This document shows, piece after piece, positions 39,374 through 52,884 of a DNA stretch of 64,000 nt. The stretch is taken from contig CM059426.1 of assembly GCA_030390025.1 (NCBI GenBank), positions 88,412,001 through 88,476,000 on the forward strand, in the 5' to 3' direction. The position numbers and the translations under genes were made by a program. The stretch is from Squalus acanthias. Its lineage: Eukaryota. The first letter of the stretch is position 1. The number at the start of each line of letters is the position of its first letter. The notes below the pieces were generated by a model that was given only the letters and a program-made list of their open reading frames with translations, was not told the DNA's origin and did not search any database.

Positions 39374-40265
39374 CTGGTTCAGAAAAAAACAATGAAAAAT
39401 AAACTGAAAATCCAATGTTATTGCTAAATAAAACTGGAAAGAAAGTGAGCATTTTATTTAAATACTGTAATTAAACAACATAAAACAGGTATACAAATAG
39501 GAAACTGAGAATGAATGGCTGAAAGATAAAACTTCCTAGTGGGCTCCTTTAGTCAACTCCTTAGTTCCCAGAGCAGCACTAGTAGACACATGCTAACATT
39601 GTTACCAGCTCATAACACCTTTCACACCATGGTTATAGTCTCCGACATCATTTTGATTTTAAACTTCCATCTGAATACGAGTGCTGTAGATGTAGGGAGG
39701 TATTACTTGGGGTTACTGAGACTAATGGAAAGTGGAAACTGAATTGACATCAGTAATCATCATTAACATAAGAACTCTGCGTGCTGACTGATGTTAATTT
39801 TAGCTCCTCCAAATTGGTCAGAACCATTAAATCCTCCCAATCGGTGAACCTGAGAGTCTGTCATCAAGACGCATTGTTCAAAATAAGAGAGACAAAAATA
39901 TCACAAGTAGTGTTGAAATTAAGCATAATTTGGATTTCAAAAGGGAACCATGAGAACAAATCTATAAAAAATGCTTCAATTCCATTTTTCCCAAACAAAA
40001 ATTAACACCATCACATTCCTAAACCAGAGTGACTAGAAGGGCGGACATAATAGTGATCCCAATACATCTGTCCTGGCTCACATTTTGTTTTCACATGGCA
40101 GTTACCTTAAGTTTTTTACTATCAGCAATACCTATTAAAGAATGCAGCTCCTCCTATTTTTATGGAATCTCAATGTGAAAAACTTGTGGTCAAGAAAGTT
40201 TATCACAAAGGTGTAGACTTACCATACTATTTTATACCAAGTGAAGGCTCAGCTCTAACACTAAC

Positions 40266-40372
40266 CTGCATAAACAACGATTCCCACAACAGCCTCAGTG
40301 TTCCTAATGGCACAACCTCGGAGCAAAAGGTTCTCCTTACTGAGACCAACCCGCTCTTTATTCCGGTGTTCC
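40266..40372 (-). CDS. ATP10D: P4-ATPase exon (A domain)
   Basis: [35 protein letters not shown] read manually; CAG acceptor, GTTAGT donor. Confidence 0.93.
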
Positions 40373-41495
40373 CTGCAGACAGAATAGCAATTTTCAGGAC
40401 AGATGATTATTAATGAAGGAAAAACAACAGACGTATTTATTATTCTTCTAAATATTTATTAAGACAAATTTCAAAGAAACAGATTGAGAAAGCATATTTA
40501 TATACTTGAGCTATTCAAACAAGATGGCGATGGGGTGTGATGGGACTGGTTAAATTACCTATTCATTTTCTCTCACCATTAACACTTCCTAGCCTTTAGA
40601 AACAAATGGGTGTGTCACATAAATCTACAGGATGCATCTTAATTTAAAATCAACTTTTGGAGGTTGCAAGTCTTGATTTCCCTTGGTGAATGATTGGCTC
40701 ATTATCATTTTCAATGGGTGAAACTTTTTTTTTTACAATTTATTAAGGGTAAAATGTCTTTGTTGTTGTATTGGGAGAAGAACTAGAACAGTTACGAAGT
40801 CAGAAACAACAACTTGCATCTTGATAGAGCCATCAACATGGCAGAACACCGCAGTGACCTCACAGTGGGGGCAGAGCCAAGAGGGAGCAGGACAGAAGTT
40901 ACGGGAAGTGGCTGTAGGGTGGTGAAAGTAGGTTTTAAGTTGAAATAGGAGAGATATAGCAAGGCAGAGAATTTCATAGTGCAAGGGCTCTATTACCAAT
41001 GGTAGACCCAAGTCAGAAGAACAGAGGGTGTGAGGAGAGGGGTAGAGTGCAGCAAGGCAGTGGAGGGATTGTTGACAATGATAAGGATTTTAAAGTCAAA
41101 ACACTAAGTATTGGGAAGCCATTGAATGTGTGGAAGGAGGATGTTATCGGTAAACGGAATTAGTATGGGGCAGGATACGGATGGCAAAGTTGTTGGAGGA
41201 GTTAGAGGTTATGGAGGACGCAGTTTAGGAAGTCAGTGAGGAAGCACTGGAAAAATTGAAGCTCAAAGTGACAAAGACATGAATGAGGATCTCAGTGCAT
41301 TGGAAGTGAGATAGGGAGGGAGATTGGTGATATTTTGTAGGTGGAAGTAGGTAGTCTTGGTGGATGTGGGGTTTGAAACTCAGTCAAGCAAGACACCAAG
41401 GTTGCGCAATAACCTATTTTGATATAGGTTTCCCAACACTTAAAGCCTGCATCTTAAACCTTTACATGGTTAGCTGTGAAACACTGAACACTTAC

Positions 41496-41581
41496 ATATA
41501 GCCTTTGAACTTGTTTAGATCATTGTTCGGATTTTCACATTCTATTCTGCTGGTGAACCTTTCAGGGTCAGCTTCAGAGTC
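41496..41581 (-). CDS. ATP10D: P4-ATPase exon (A domain)
   Basis: DSEADPERFTSRIECENPNNDLNKFKGY read manually; CAG acceptor, GTAAGT donor. Confidence 0.93.
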
Positions 41582-42279
41582 CTGTACAGAAAATCAATGT
41601 GTAAGGGACAAGCCAATTTATGTAATTTACATCATTCCCAAATGTTATCTGTAGAACATCAGAAAACCTCTGATCTCTCCTTTGTTGCTTAGTCATCAAG
41701 AAATGGTCACTAAAAAGTGTACAGGTATAGTAATTACAACACAACAGATTGTTTCTCAATTAATTCAACAGCTTCAGTTGAGGGGTGGGTCTAATCATTC
41801 TCCTTTAATGTCGACTTCCTCTCATGAGTATTGGGAATGTAGCAAGAGGATAAAAACTCAAAAAGTATAATGATATGGTTAGTTCCATGATCCCTTGGGA
41901 AAGCTGTGCTCAAAGGGATCATACGTTAGAGACAGGGCTACACAGCGAGCTCTGCTCCCTGCGCATGCAGCTCCCTTCTAGGAATTTAGGATCATGGAAT
42001 TAACCCTTATAAATAGACAAGCAATTAATGGGGAGATATTTTTAAAACCTTGCTAGTTGATTAGTAGTAATTTACCATCAGGCTCTTACTAACCTCAATC
42101 ATTAGCCCATGTACTGAAACTCAAATGCATATTTCTATTGCTAAATACTTTACAGATAAACACAAAAATACTGGGTAATTCTGCCTGAACAAATACAGAA
42201 CTATCAGCATGTGCAGGAGTGATGGAATAGTTGTAGTTTTTTGTACTGCTGGCCATTAGTCCCTAAAGAAGTGTCTCAC

Positions 42280-42484
42280 CAGCTCGGTGAACCCCTTCAC
42301 CACCTGCCTCTGCTTCAGGTTGGTCTCTCCATCCAGATTGGAGGTTTCAATGTGGCAGATCCCATCAATATCAGTGGAGTACAGCAGCACCATATCGGCA
42401 GGGATGATCTCATTGCAAGATAATCGGATGAAATCTCCCACGTGAACTTCCTTCCACCATTTTGCAAGGTACCTTTTCTCGCGT
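42280..42484 (-). CDS. ATP10D: P4-ATPase exon (A domain, DGET motif)
   Basis: [68 protein letters not shown]. Confidence 0.95.
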
Positions 42485-43259
42485 CTGGAATGACAAATAT
42501 AACAGCATCTCAGCAACAAAGAAGGGCTGCAGGGATTGAATTCAAATTACAATTGCTGTTAGTGATATTCCATTTTATTCTGTCAGTATGAATCATATTT
42601 TGACAGCGCCAGAAGGGGATACATCACACCAGTGAAAATGAAGGGCTGAATCACTCTTCCAATAACACCGGTTGGTAACTAATGGTGCACAAAATTAAAC
42701 TGAATCTTAAGCTCTATCTGGAGGCAGCCAGTTTTACTGCAATAAAAGGCAATTCAAACGACAAACGACAGCTGTCATTATTTTCTCTGTGATTCTAGTC
42801 AAGTTCAATTGGAAGTGGGAGATTAAAGCAAACTGTTTGCAGGTCAAGATTAGCAGGACTGCGATGGAGCTGCATTGCAAGTAAACACTCTACTCAAAAA
42901 ATGACCTATTATCCATTGTTGCCAACCCGCTCACTTTTTTAGTGATCGTCAGAGATTCTGGCCTTCATTTGTGCTACTCACAAAGTGCCCCAAATGTATG
43001 CATATTTGTGCTGCACATCCCTCCCACAATCCACTGCACACCAGCTCTTCTGTGCAAGTTCATCAATCCCTTGTGCCCCGTGCGAACACTGGGGATGTCC
43101 ACTTAGCTGAACCAACCAAAGCAAACAGATTTAAAGGTGCTAATCACACATGAGTTGCAGTTATGTTTCAAAGGATAAATGCATTTTTTTATGGGCTTCA
43201 CATAGAGAGATAAGAGAAATCCAGCTATATATACACAATGGACTCATTAAACAACAGAC

Positions 43260-43340
43260 AGTTCTGATGAAAGGTCATCAACTTGAAACGTTAACTCTGT
43301 TTCTCTCTCCACAGATGCTGTCTGACCTGCTGAGTATTTC
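43260..43340 (+). mobile_element. Solo PLE pLTR 3' end with degenerate hammerhead motif
   Basis: AGTT-CTGATGA-AAGGTCATCAACTT-GAAACGTT-AACT followed by the same tail as 6915-6975. Confidence 0.7.
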
Positions 43341-45673
43341 CAGCATTTTCTGTTTTTATTATACACAGATTGGCTTCAAATTCAGAATAGCAATCTTGGC
43401 CAGTCTGAACCATATTGGAATGCTGATAAAATACTTTGGGGAAAAAAATGCTAGCCCCAGGGACCCTTGTACACTATCTTTTGTGCTATAAGTATCTTTC
43501 CTCTGTTGTGGCTGCTGACTATAGCTAGGTCCAACAACAACAGTGGATTCTTTAAAAAAGAATTATAGCAGTCATGTAGTTGTTGACGGCTTCATTTGAC
43601 CCTATCCAAACTGGTGTCTGCATGCAATGCAGATGTGGGCGGTAATTTTATTCAATTTCTGCTGGTTTTGTGTGTGTATCTCAATTTATTGTTCATGTTA
43701 AACATGAACAATCAGCTGTTCAGCTCCCTTTGCACTGTCCGCCACACCGGGGAAGAGGGGTGCGGTGGGTAAAGTCTGATGTTTTCTAGCCTGTATGTAT
43801 TCTCCACTCCCGTGCCGTGTACATGCATTGCAAAGAGCCGATCCAAGGCCAGGCTGTCCCCTCTTATACTGCCCTCGGACATTGTCTGAAGTTGCTCCAA
43901 TCCCACAATGTCCTTGGGTGAAAGTGATCTAAGTCACACTGTTGTGACCAGGAGTTGTCGGCTCCCTGCTCTCTGTCAAACATTCACTCAGGGGCACAGT
44001 GAGCACAGGCTGCATGCTCCAGTCCTCAAGACTTCTTCAAAGGTGTCCTGGGGGCTCACCTGCTGTGCTGCTCATAGAAAAACTAAGGTAAAGTTGAGAA
44101 CTCCCTGTATGGGGATGGTAAGGACTAGTTTGTAGTACAGTACTATACAGGCCATGGTTCACAAAGACACTGGGCCTTCACGGGAAATTACTTATTATTC
44201 AGATCTCAAACACTTAACTGCTTTCACTTGCTAACTTAATTATGGACATTATTTCGTCTAATTCAGGTATTGCACCTCAGTTCTATTTTTCTCCTGTTCA
44301 CATCTTTTTGTTCTCTTGCTAGCAAACCAGAAAGTATTTCTCCCCCACTGTCCTCCTAATGAGTTCTCCTGGCTCAGGGCGCTGGCTGTTATGTGAAGGT
44401 GCAGCTCATGCCTCATCCCATGTGGGTGGAAGTTTGCTTGCGGGATTTCTCTCTCCTCACAGCGCGCACCCAATTCTCCATCCCACCGTGTTAGTGGACT
44501 GTGTGGGTCCTGCTGTTCAGGGCGCTGACTTAGGGGCAGTGGAGCAGCACGGAGGCAACACTGTTCAGTCCTTGTGGGTGAGAGCTGAGCTTTATCCTGC
44601 TGGTCAGAAGAAACAGGACAGGTCCCACAGCAACCCACTTCATTATTATAGATTCAGCCATACACTGTTGAACCTACGGCTTTCAACACAAATCATGGCT
44701 GTACGTTAAAAGTCCTATCATTAGGCCAGAGGAATTACAATAAAAATTGGATTTGTTATCATTCTCCGTGTAACTCCCAATACTATAGCAGGGATGACTT
44801 GGCATTTGAGCATGGCCCTGGTAGACAACACTTTGCACCCTACCATCAAGTAAGCATTAAAAAAAAGCCACATTATAAAATTATGAAACAATAATAAAGC
44901 AAGTGGAGGGTATATTGTTTGTGGGTTCATGTCATTGATTCTTTCCAAAGTGACACTTTGAAAATCAGCAAGGTTTACTGACTTGTTCATACACACTCAT
45001 CTGCAGCGCACACCTCCTTTTAAATTGGCCGATATCAACATTCAGTAAAATCTCAGCATTCAAAACACCATTTGAAGAAATATTCCTGTGTGAACATCCC
45101 GTACTTCCAGCATCAACACAAGTCATAAAAAGTGACAAAGACACTATTTTAAAGAATCTGCAAAAGCTTACTGAACAAGGACTTTGCAGAAGCTAGCAAA
45201 TATACGGAGGTTAAATGTACGTGCAAACACTCCATGTTGACTTAAGGGTGAGACATGCCCAGTGTGCTTACTCGAGTAATGGGGGCTGAAAATCCGTGGT
45301 CCTTCTGGAGCACTCCTGGCATAGCTCTAACAGGGGCCGCAAATTAGGTCTGGAGCTGGGTTCAGACCGTCACCAGAAGTTTCCTAGAATGCTTGCTAGG
45401 GGAGGGCGAAGCCTCCATCCATCTCAGACAAGGCTATCATCAGAGGACGGGGCAGAGACGCCCTTTGTCGGGAGCTTCCACTTTCAAAGCACTCAGAGGG
45501 ATCTGGCATAGGGATGGAAGCGATTCACCTGGTGGGAACAGGCATACCTACCTGCCAAACAGCAGAAGTGCCCATAAAATAGCAGCAATGGTGTGATCCC
45601 TTTGACATTCAAAAGACCCATCACCTACACCACACCACCTACAGGAGTAACAGGTACTGCAGGTACTTACAAT

Positions 45674-46403
45674 GGGCCGGAGTTTGCTCTGAGCAGCGAA
45701 TGCCATTCGTCAGACTTCCACTCGCCCACAGACTTTCTATGGGTTTTGCACAGCAAGTTGCTATCAGCCAAACATCCAAAAAGTGCAGCACCCTCTACAG
45801 GGCATCTGGGACCTGTGTGAATAGGGCAAGCAACTGTGTGTTTCTCCTTAAACCAATCAGTTTGAAGAATCGTTAATGGGCAGCGCAGAGTCTGAACTAG
45901 GAAGTGTCAGTTAGAATCGTGAATTCAATGTCAAATCAGGTACAGAAAGCAAAATAAAGAAAGATTGGATTAAGAGAGATAAAAGATAAAAGAAAAAGTT
46001 AAAAAAATGTTTGTTTTTTTAAATCTCCAACAATACTTAAAAGCTGAAGGAGTGAGACTCCACACCTGTAAAAGTTAATTTTCAGTGCCAGAGTGGTTGT
46101 TTGGCAGTAATTAAGACTTACCACACCGTTAAAAGGGTACTTACACTGGAGTGGACAAGCCATAACTTTTTTTGGCGAGTTTAGTCTGTATCTATGAGGT
46201 AAGTACAGGAACTTCATGCTGTTCAATGGATTTGAATGGTGAGTCAGGTGATGAGATGCCATTTTCATGCAGCTTTTGGAGGATGTTGAATCTTGGACAG
46301 CAACTTCCGTATTTCCGCGGTCACCGGAAGTTTTTGCCTGATTTGCATCATTAATGGTGAGCGCTGATAGCCGCACCGTTATTTTTACAGCAAAATCCAG
46401 CCC
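45674..46403. mobile_element. Harbinger-like MITE
   Basis: TIRs GGGCCGGAGTTTGC / GCAAAATCCAGCCC; internal similarity to the 27690 and 56311 elements; TSD not matched. Confidence 0.7.
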
Positions 46404-47039
46404 ATGAGTTTTCAATAAACAGTGTGCCCATGTACTGAATTCAATATATGAAAGATTATCTATTATATGTTAAAACAAATTTGGGCAAGGCACTGAATCT
46501 GAATCACTGTTGGTCTGCACCACAGAGAGAACCTTCAGGAGAGAAGGGAAATATATATATATATATATATACTTTTTAAATCTTGCAGGAATCAAAGATG
46601 TTAGAGTCAAGTTCTATACCAATACTTTTTACTCATGCACAACATAAAAGTCAGCTTGCATTAGCTAGCATGCACTTACTATGAACCAAAACTCAACTTT
46701 GTGCACAAAGTATCTAGGAGAGGAGGCTCCCAGGCAAACAATGTGCCTTTTTACTGTCGATAGTGTATAGAAAGAAAAAACCTGCATTTACATCACACCT
46801 CATCATATCTTCAGGACGTCCTAAAGCACTTTACGGTTATTGGATTACATTTGAAGTGCAATCACTGTTATGTAGGTAACCACAGCAGCCAATTTGTGTA
46901 AGGTCCCACAAACAGCAAATGAATGAAAGACCAGATCATTTGTTTTTGCTGATACCCTAGACCCTCAGCCACCAGCAGGTAAATAAATTGTTAATCAATA
47001 ATGGATAATGGATCTGGTTCTTTCTCACAATAGCTAACT

Positions 47040-47965
47040 CAACAACAATAACTTGCATTTATATAGCGCGTTTAATGTAATAAAACATCCAAGGCGCTTC
47101 CATGGGAGTGTTATTGGACAAAATTTGACACCAAGCCACATAAAGAGATATTAGGACAGAAAGAGGTATTCCCTGGAATTTAGAAGATTAAAAAGTGATT
47201 TGATCGAAATTTTCAAGATATTAAGGGAACTGATAGGGTAGATAGAAACTATTTCCACTGGTTTAGGAAACTAGGATTAGGGGACATAGCCTAAAAATTA
47301 GAGCCAGGCTTTTCAGGAGTGAAGTTAGGAAACACTTCTACATGCAAAGGACGGTAGAAGTTTGGAACGCTCTTCCGCAATCAGCAGTTGATACTGGGTC
47401 AATTGTTAATTTTAAATCTGAGATTGCTAGATTTCTGTTAACCAGTAGTATATTAAAGGATATGGGGCGAAGGCGAGTATATGGAGTTAGGTCACAGATC
47501 AGCCATGATCTCATTGAAAGGCAGAACAGGTTTGAGGGGCTAAATGGCCGACTCCTGTTCCTATGTTAAGGAGCACCTTAAAGGAGAGAGAGGTAGAGAG
47601 GCTTAGGGAGTGAATTCCAGAGCTCAGGGCCCAGGCAGCTGAAGGCACGGCCGCCAATGGTGGAATGATTAAAATCGGGGATGCACAAGAGGCCAGAACT
47701 GGAGGGGTGCAGAGATCTCGGAGGGTTGTAGGATTGGAGGAGGTTACAGAGATAGGGAGGAGCGAGGCCATGGAGGGATTTGAAAATAATTCACCTGAAC
47801 ATGCAGATGAGGCCTCAGTTTAACATCTTATCCAAAATACAGCATCTCTGACATTGCACCACTCCTTCAGTAGTGCACTGAAGTATCAGCCTAGATCACG
47901 TGCTCAAGTCCTGCAGCAGGGCTTGAACTCACACCCTTCTGATTTAGAAGTGAGAGTGCTACAAC
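47040..47965. mobile_element. L2 3' end (minus) with nested CR1 3' fragment (plus, ~47160-47566), followed by a DeuSINE-like head fragment
   Basis: TTGCATTTATATAGCG L2 tail; CR1 QRTVEVWNALP and tail; L2 sequence resumes at ~47567 and is similar to 12290-12520. Confidence 0.7.
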
Positions 47966-50900
47966 CGGAACCAGCAGGTAGACGTGGATTTGATCAAGCA
48001 ACCCCCTCCCACCCCCCACCAAAGACACCAAGACAAAAGACTTTTCTTCTGGAAAGCCATTACACAGCCAATTTAAAATTGTTACAAAACTGGCATAACC
48101 ACAATATTTCATATAACTGTATAATAAAGAGATTCTTACGATCTGAAACAAGATGCTTCTTGGGTCTATCTCAACTTTGCCCTCAGAAAGACAGCACTCG
48201 CTAGTGTTACTCCTACATGGGGCGGGCAAGAACCTTACTTACACTTCTACAAATGAACTGTATAACAATTATACAATGCGCACAATTCTCTCCAGTGGTC
48301 AAGGAGACACACAAAATCCTGCCTGAAAGACACACTTCTGCTGACCCAGCACCTTCTGCATCTTATTTTTATTGTGGCCTTGTGCACAAAATAGACCCTC
48401 AGGTCCTATCCCATCAGTTCGTGCAAAGCATAAGCTAGTTCTGATGCAAGTGTAAAGATAAGAAAGGATTAAAGGAAGAAACTTAAAAAAAAAAGTTAGC
48501 ACACTCTATTTTGTCCTGGGGGGAGCTAAACAACTGGTCACATTTTTTGGTAGATGCACAATACATTGAATTTAGCAGCAAGGCATTCCTGTTTATGCTG
48601 AACAGAATAATTCTAAGGGTTTTACTGTCAGTGTCTTGTTAATAACAAAAAAGTACAAGATTTATTTCATAAACCATTCCCTCAAACAAACAAAATCCTT
48701 AAGAGAATAGAAAACTTGAACTTCGATAACATTACAGGTTAAGACAAAGCCCTGCCCAGCGAAAACCGGGCAGGCGGGTGTGTGGTAAAAATACTCCATT
48801 CTAATTTTAAGATGCCTGATTTTTCAGGTGTATGAGCCACCCACCTGAGTCAGCGGTCGCACCGACAGCAAGAACCTAGTCTGAAGACCAAAAAGGCCTT
48901 TCCAAGTAAATTTAAACTTTTCCTTTGTGGGGCCAGGAGGAGCCCCCCAAGCAACTTGTTGGCTTCCCCTGCCCCGAACTCCTCTCCGTTCATGAACCGC
49001 TGACCGCCCTGGAACCCTTGTCCCCGCACTGACCTTGGGCCTGGGAGGTCGCCCGACTTCCCTCCTGTTTTGGGTAGGAAGTTGGCCAGCGACATGATAA
49101 TGAGGCACAGCCGTTAAAATCAGCTAGGTCCCCCATTGCTGCTCCTAGGTGGGTCGGTTGCTTGATAGGCCGCTTTCGCGTCTGACTGTTAAAATTCCTA
49201 CCAAAGTCTGGAACTGAGGACACAGGCTCAAGCTTAGAAGAGGGAAAGTGCAGATAGTTTGAATTTAACTCTTTTATACAAAGGATGGTGAACGTGTGGA
49301 ATGGACTGCCCAGGGAGGCAGTCGAGGCTGGCAGTACACATAAATATTTGAGAATATGGGCACCTGAAAGGTATTGCTTTTGGGATTAGTAGGACAACTG
49401 TAGAGACTTTTCTGGCTCTGTATCTTTCTATGTTAACAGTGTCAGAATGAATGTCTGAAAATAAGCCTCTTATGGGAATGCCTTTTGTAGTATATTGATA
49501 CAGTATTTCTGTACTTAATGTATTTAAGGGGAAGGCTAGATAAACACATGAGGGAGAAAGGAATGAAGGTTATGCTGATAGGGTTAGATGAAGTAGGTGG
49601 GAGGAGGCTCTTGGGGAGCATAAACACTGGCATGGACCAGTTGGGCCAAATGGCCTGTTTCTGTGCTGTACACTCGATTGATGTAATGTATCTGCAAGAG
49701 CATCTTAGTAAAATATATGGATTTAATTACTTTTGCTTTTTAATATGATTTATACATTTATATGTTTATGCATTTTTGCTTAGAACATGGATTTGTTTGT
49801 TCTCTCTGCATTATTGTGCATTTCTGCCATTAATGCTCAAAGATTAATAACATTGTAAATATAAAATAACATATACTATTCCTAAAAGAAAATGCAAGTA
49901 TATACACGCCTAACCTTTTTGGTAAGAGGCTCGACAAAAAGAAACACAGTAAAATCACGTCATTTGATCTGTTGCCGTGTAGCTGCATCACTGCAATCGA
50001 AATTTTTAGAAGTCTCAGATTACCCATCACTTTAGATACCTGCGCCTCATTTCACAAAATAGCACCTAATTAGCCAAGTGTATTCAAACAGAAGATTGCT
50101 GGCACGTTAGCTGTTACCTAGGAAAGTTTGCTTCATGGCCAAGTGCTTTCTTTGTACAAACTGCACTGAGACAGTATGGTAGGAATTGATTACTTCAGTT
50201 CCCTATGCTCCGCAATCAAAAATGTCACCAGTCAATGGTCCAGGACCAGCTATTCTTAGATTAGGGCCAGCAGAAACCACTTCTTCCTGCTCTGATTTAC
50301 CACTTGATGCGGAAACTGATATTAAAGGAGCATTTTCTGGTAATTACCATCCATGCCAATTTACAGCACTGTAACTCGAGAGAAGCATAATGATCCATTT
50401 GGTCACAAAGTTACGCCACTCTTACTGATCAGCTATGTCACTATCAAATAATGAATAGAAAATTATAAATCAAAAACTAAAGCAAGTGACCCAAAATGTC
50501 ATTGTGAATTATGAACTGCAGTGCACACTTTTACCAACAGTCAACATGGCGATTTTATGGCTGAGTTTTGAGAGCACGTCAGGTGACTGATTAAGGAACT
50601 GAACCCACCCCTTAAAATAAAGAGATGCAACTCTAAGGAAAAGATGAAACTGCTTGGTAGTTCAGTTTATTTAAAAATCATACATTTGTGACCAAAATGA
50701 ACCATGTTGATCTAAAGAAATATGAAGTGAAGTATAAAGAAAAGGGCAAGAGAAAACACAGTGAAAAGTATTACAGAAAAAAACTTAAGCACAAGAAATA
50801 GAAAAATATTTATGACATTATTTGAGTATTTTGTGCTTTCCTGTTCATTATAGTAACTTGAACAGTAACTCTTAATCAACACCAGTAGTTCTCTATTAAT

Positions 50901-51685
50901 ACTAGGTCCATCTCTATCAGACTTCTCCTGTCGATGATACTTTTTCCCTGTATTTTGATTTTCCTGCATAGATATGTTCAAAAACACCACCAAAATGAAC
51001 CAAACAATGAAATAGTTTCCATAGTTTTTCCTTCATGACATTGTACTCATGGATGCAGGATTTAAAAAAATCTAAGGTACAGGCTAATCTATATATCAAT
51101 TTAAAAATTATGTCTGTTTGTTTTCCAGCCCAGTAAATTATTGATCTGTGCTAACCACACAATTATTAATATATTACCAGTAATGTGGTTACCAGGGACC
51201 AATTTCTGCACTCCCAGCTTGATTTTCATACTGCAGCTAACCTCACAGATTAGCTGCAAACTTTGCCCCTTGCTTCCCTGGTACCAGCCACAGGCTCAGA
51301 TGGACTTTACTGCTTTTTCTAGGTACGGTCTCCCTATTTGCTTACTCCCTTCCAAACCTCGATAGGCCTCCTCAGTTGCTCCCCGACAGGCCCCAGCCAT
51401 CTGCTCCGTCTCTATCATAAGCTCCATTTCCCCTTCTTTATACAAATGTGGCAAGATAATTCTGGATCTGTGCCCCCATGTCCAGGAAGCGACTATTAGA
51501 GGGTTAGTCGTATATCTGATTCCACGTCTCCATGGGAGGTGAAAGCTAAAGGATTTGAGACATATAGAATGAAGAGAGTGTGTGAGTACAGAAAGAAAGA
51601 GAAACACATTACAGACAGGGAGAAAGGAAAATAAAGTATGAGAGGAATAGACAGAGAGTGAGAATAAGATACAGTGAGAGGAGAA

Positions 51686-51757
51686 AGATACAGAGAGAAA
51701 TAGAGGCAAAGATACAGAGAGAAATAGAGGCAAAGATACAGAGAGAAATAGAGGCAA
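51686..51757. repeat. 24-bp tandem repeat (AGATACAGAGAGAAATAGAGGCAA) x3 in a purine-rich tract
   Basis: Direct observation. Confidence 0.8.
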
Positions 51758-52448
51758 TATGCATGGCATGGAGAGAATGGGAGGGGTACAGAACAGGGAG
51801 GAGACAGATGTGAGGACAAACAAAAGTGATCGAGGCACGCAAGAAATATGGGACTTATTGAACTTTGGGTTCAGATGGTCATTTTCAGCTCTGATTTACA
51901 GAAAGGGAGTGTTAGCAAAAATGTCAGAAATAGAAAAGAAAGAGATAGGAGGGAGAGACAAGAAAAAGAGAGACACGAGACGGACACAATTTTAATTTTG
52001 CTCCTGAGCAACACCATGGGTAATCAACTAATATTTATAATTTGTTCTTTATTCTCATGTTGCGTTTCGCTGCTTAATGTCTGTGCATCTCCATGTTATT
52101 GTTTTCTGGCTCTACTTCTTATATTTTTTCCTATTACAGGAAACTTTCGTTTATCCGGCACCCAAATAACCGGAATTCTCGCTTAACCGGCAAAAATCAT
52201 CCTCCGAAAACTCCTCTCAAATAACCGGCAATGTTGCCGAGTCGCAGTCGAGTCTCCGCGAACGCCGAGTGCTCCGAAAACTCCTCTCAAATAACCGGCA
52301 ATGTTGCCGATCCCGAGTCCGAGTCCGAGTCCGCGAACGCCGATTTAGTCAGTAGGGGTACTTTTCAAAAGTGCCACTACTCGGCCTCCTGGCGCTGTCG
52401 CAAGTCCGAAACATTGCAGTAGCATGAGTAGATTCTCCCGCGCTGCCT

Positions 52449-52846
52449 GGAGTCTCTTCGGATCGGCCATTTTGCTGGGTGTCTCCCACGATGCTGGTAC
52501 TGTAGTCTCTTCTGATCCACCATTTTACTGTGTGTCTGCCACGCTGCTGGTACTGTAGTCTCTTCTGATCCACCATTTTGCTGTGTGTCTCCCACGCTGC
52601 TGGTACTGTAGTCTCTTCTGATACACCATTTTGCTGTGTGTCTCCCACGATGCTGGTACTGTAGTCTCTTCTGATCCACCATTTTACTGTGTGTCTGCCA
52701 CGCTGCTGGTACTGTAGTCTCTTCTGATCCACCATTTTGCTGTGTGTCTCCCACGATGCTGGTAGTCTCTTCTGATCCACCATTTTGCTGTGTGTCTGCC
52801 ACGCTGCTGGTAGTCTCTTCCTAGCCACCATTGTTCTGTGTGTCTT
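52449..52846. repeat. ~53-bp tandem array (about 7.7 units) upstream of the transposase
   Basis: Unit GTAGTCTCTTCTGATCCACCATTTTGCTGTGTGTCTCCCACGATGCTGGTACT; two units lack 5 bp. Confidence 0.92.
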
Positions 52847-52884
52847 TCCATCTTCATCGGCAATTATCTCCTCCATCTTGCATT

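Noticed and set aside
43712-43906. 64-aa ORF in a GC-richer intronic patch as an extra exon or gene
   Set aside because: No recognisable motif, and no splice sites fitting the ATP10D phases
50917-51099. Short minus-strand ORF as an alternative ATP10D exon
   Set aside because: No P4-ATPase similarity and no convincing donor site
51296-51842. Hydrophobic ORFs of 77-180 aa
   Set aside because: Low-complexity translation of a purine/pyrimidine-biased tract and a 24-bp repeat
52449-52846. CRISPR-like appearance of the 53-bp array, and repetitive ORFs 52349-52876 and 52377-52802
   Set aside because: Units are head-to-tail with no unique spacers, there are no cas genes and the context is vertebrate; the ORFs are translation artefacts of the repeat
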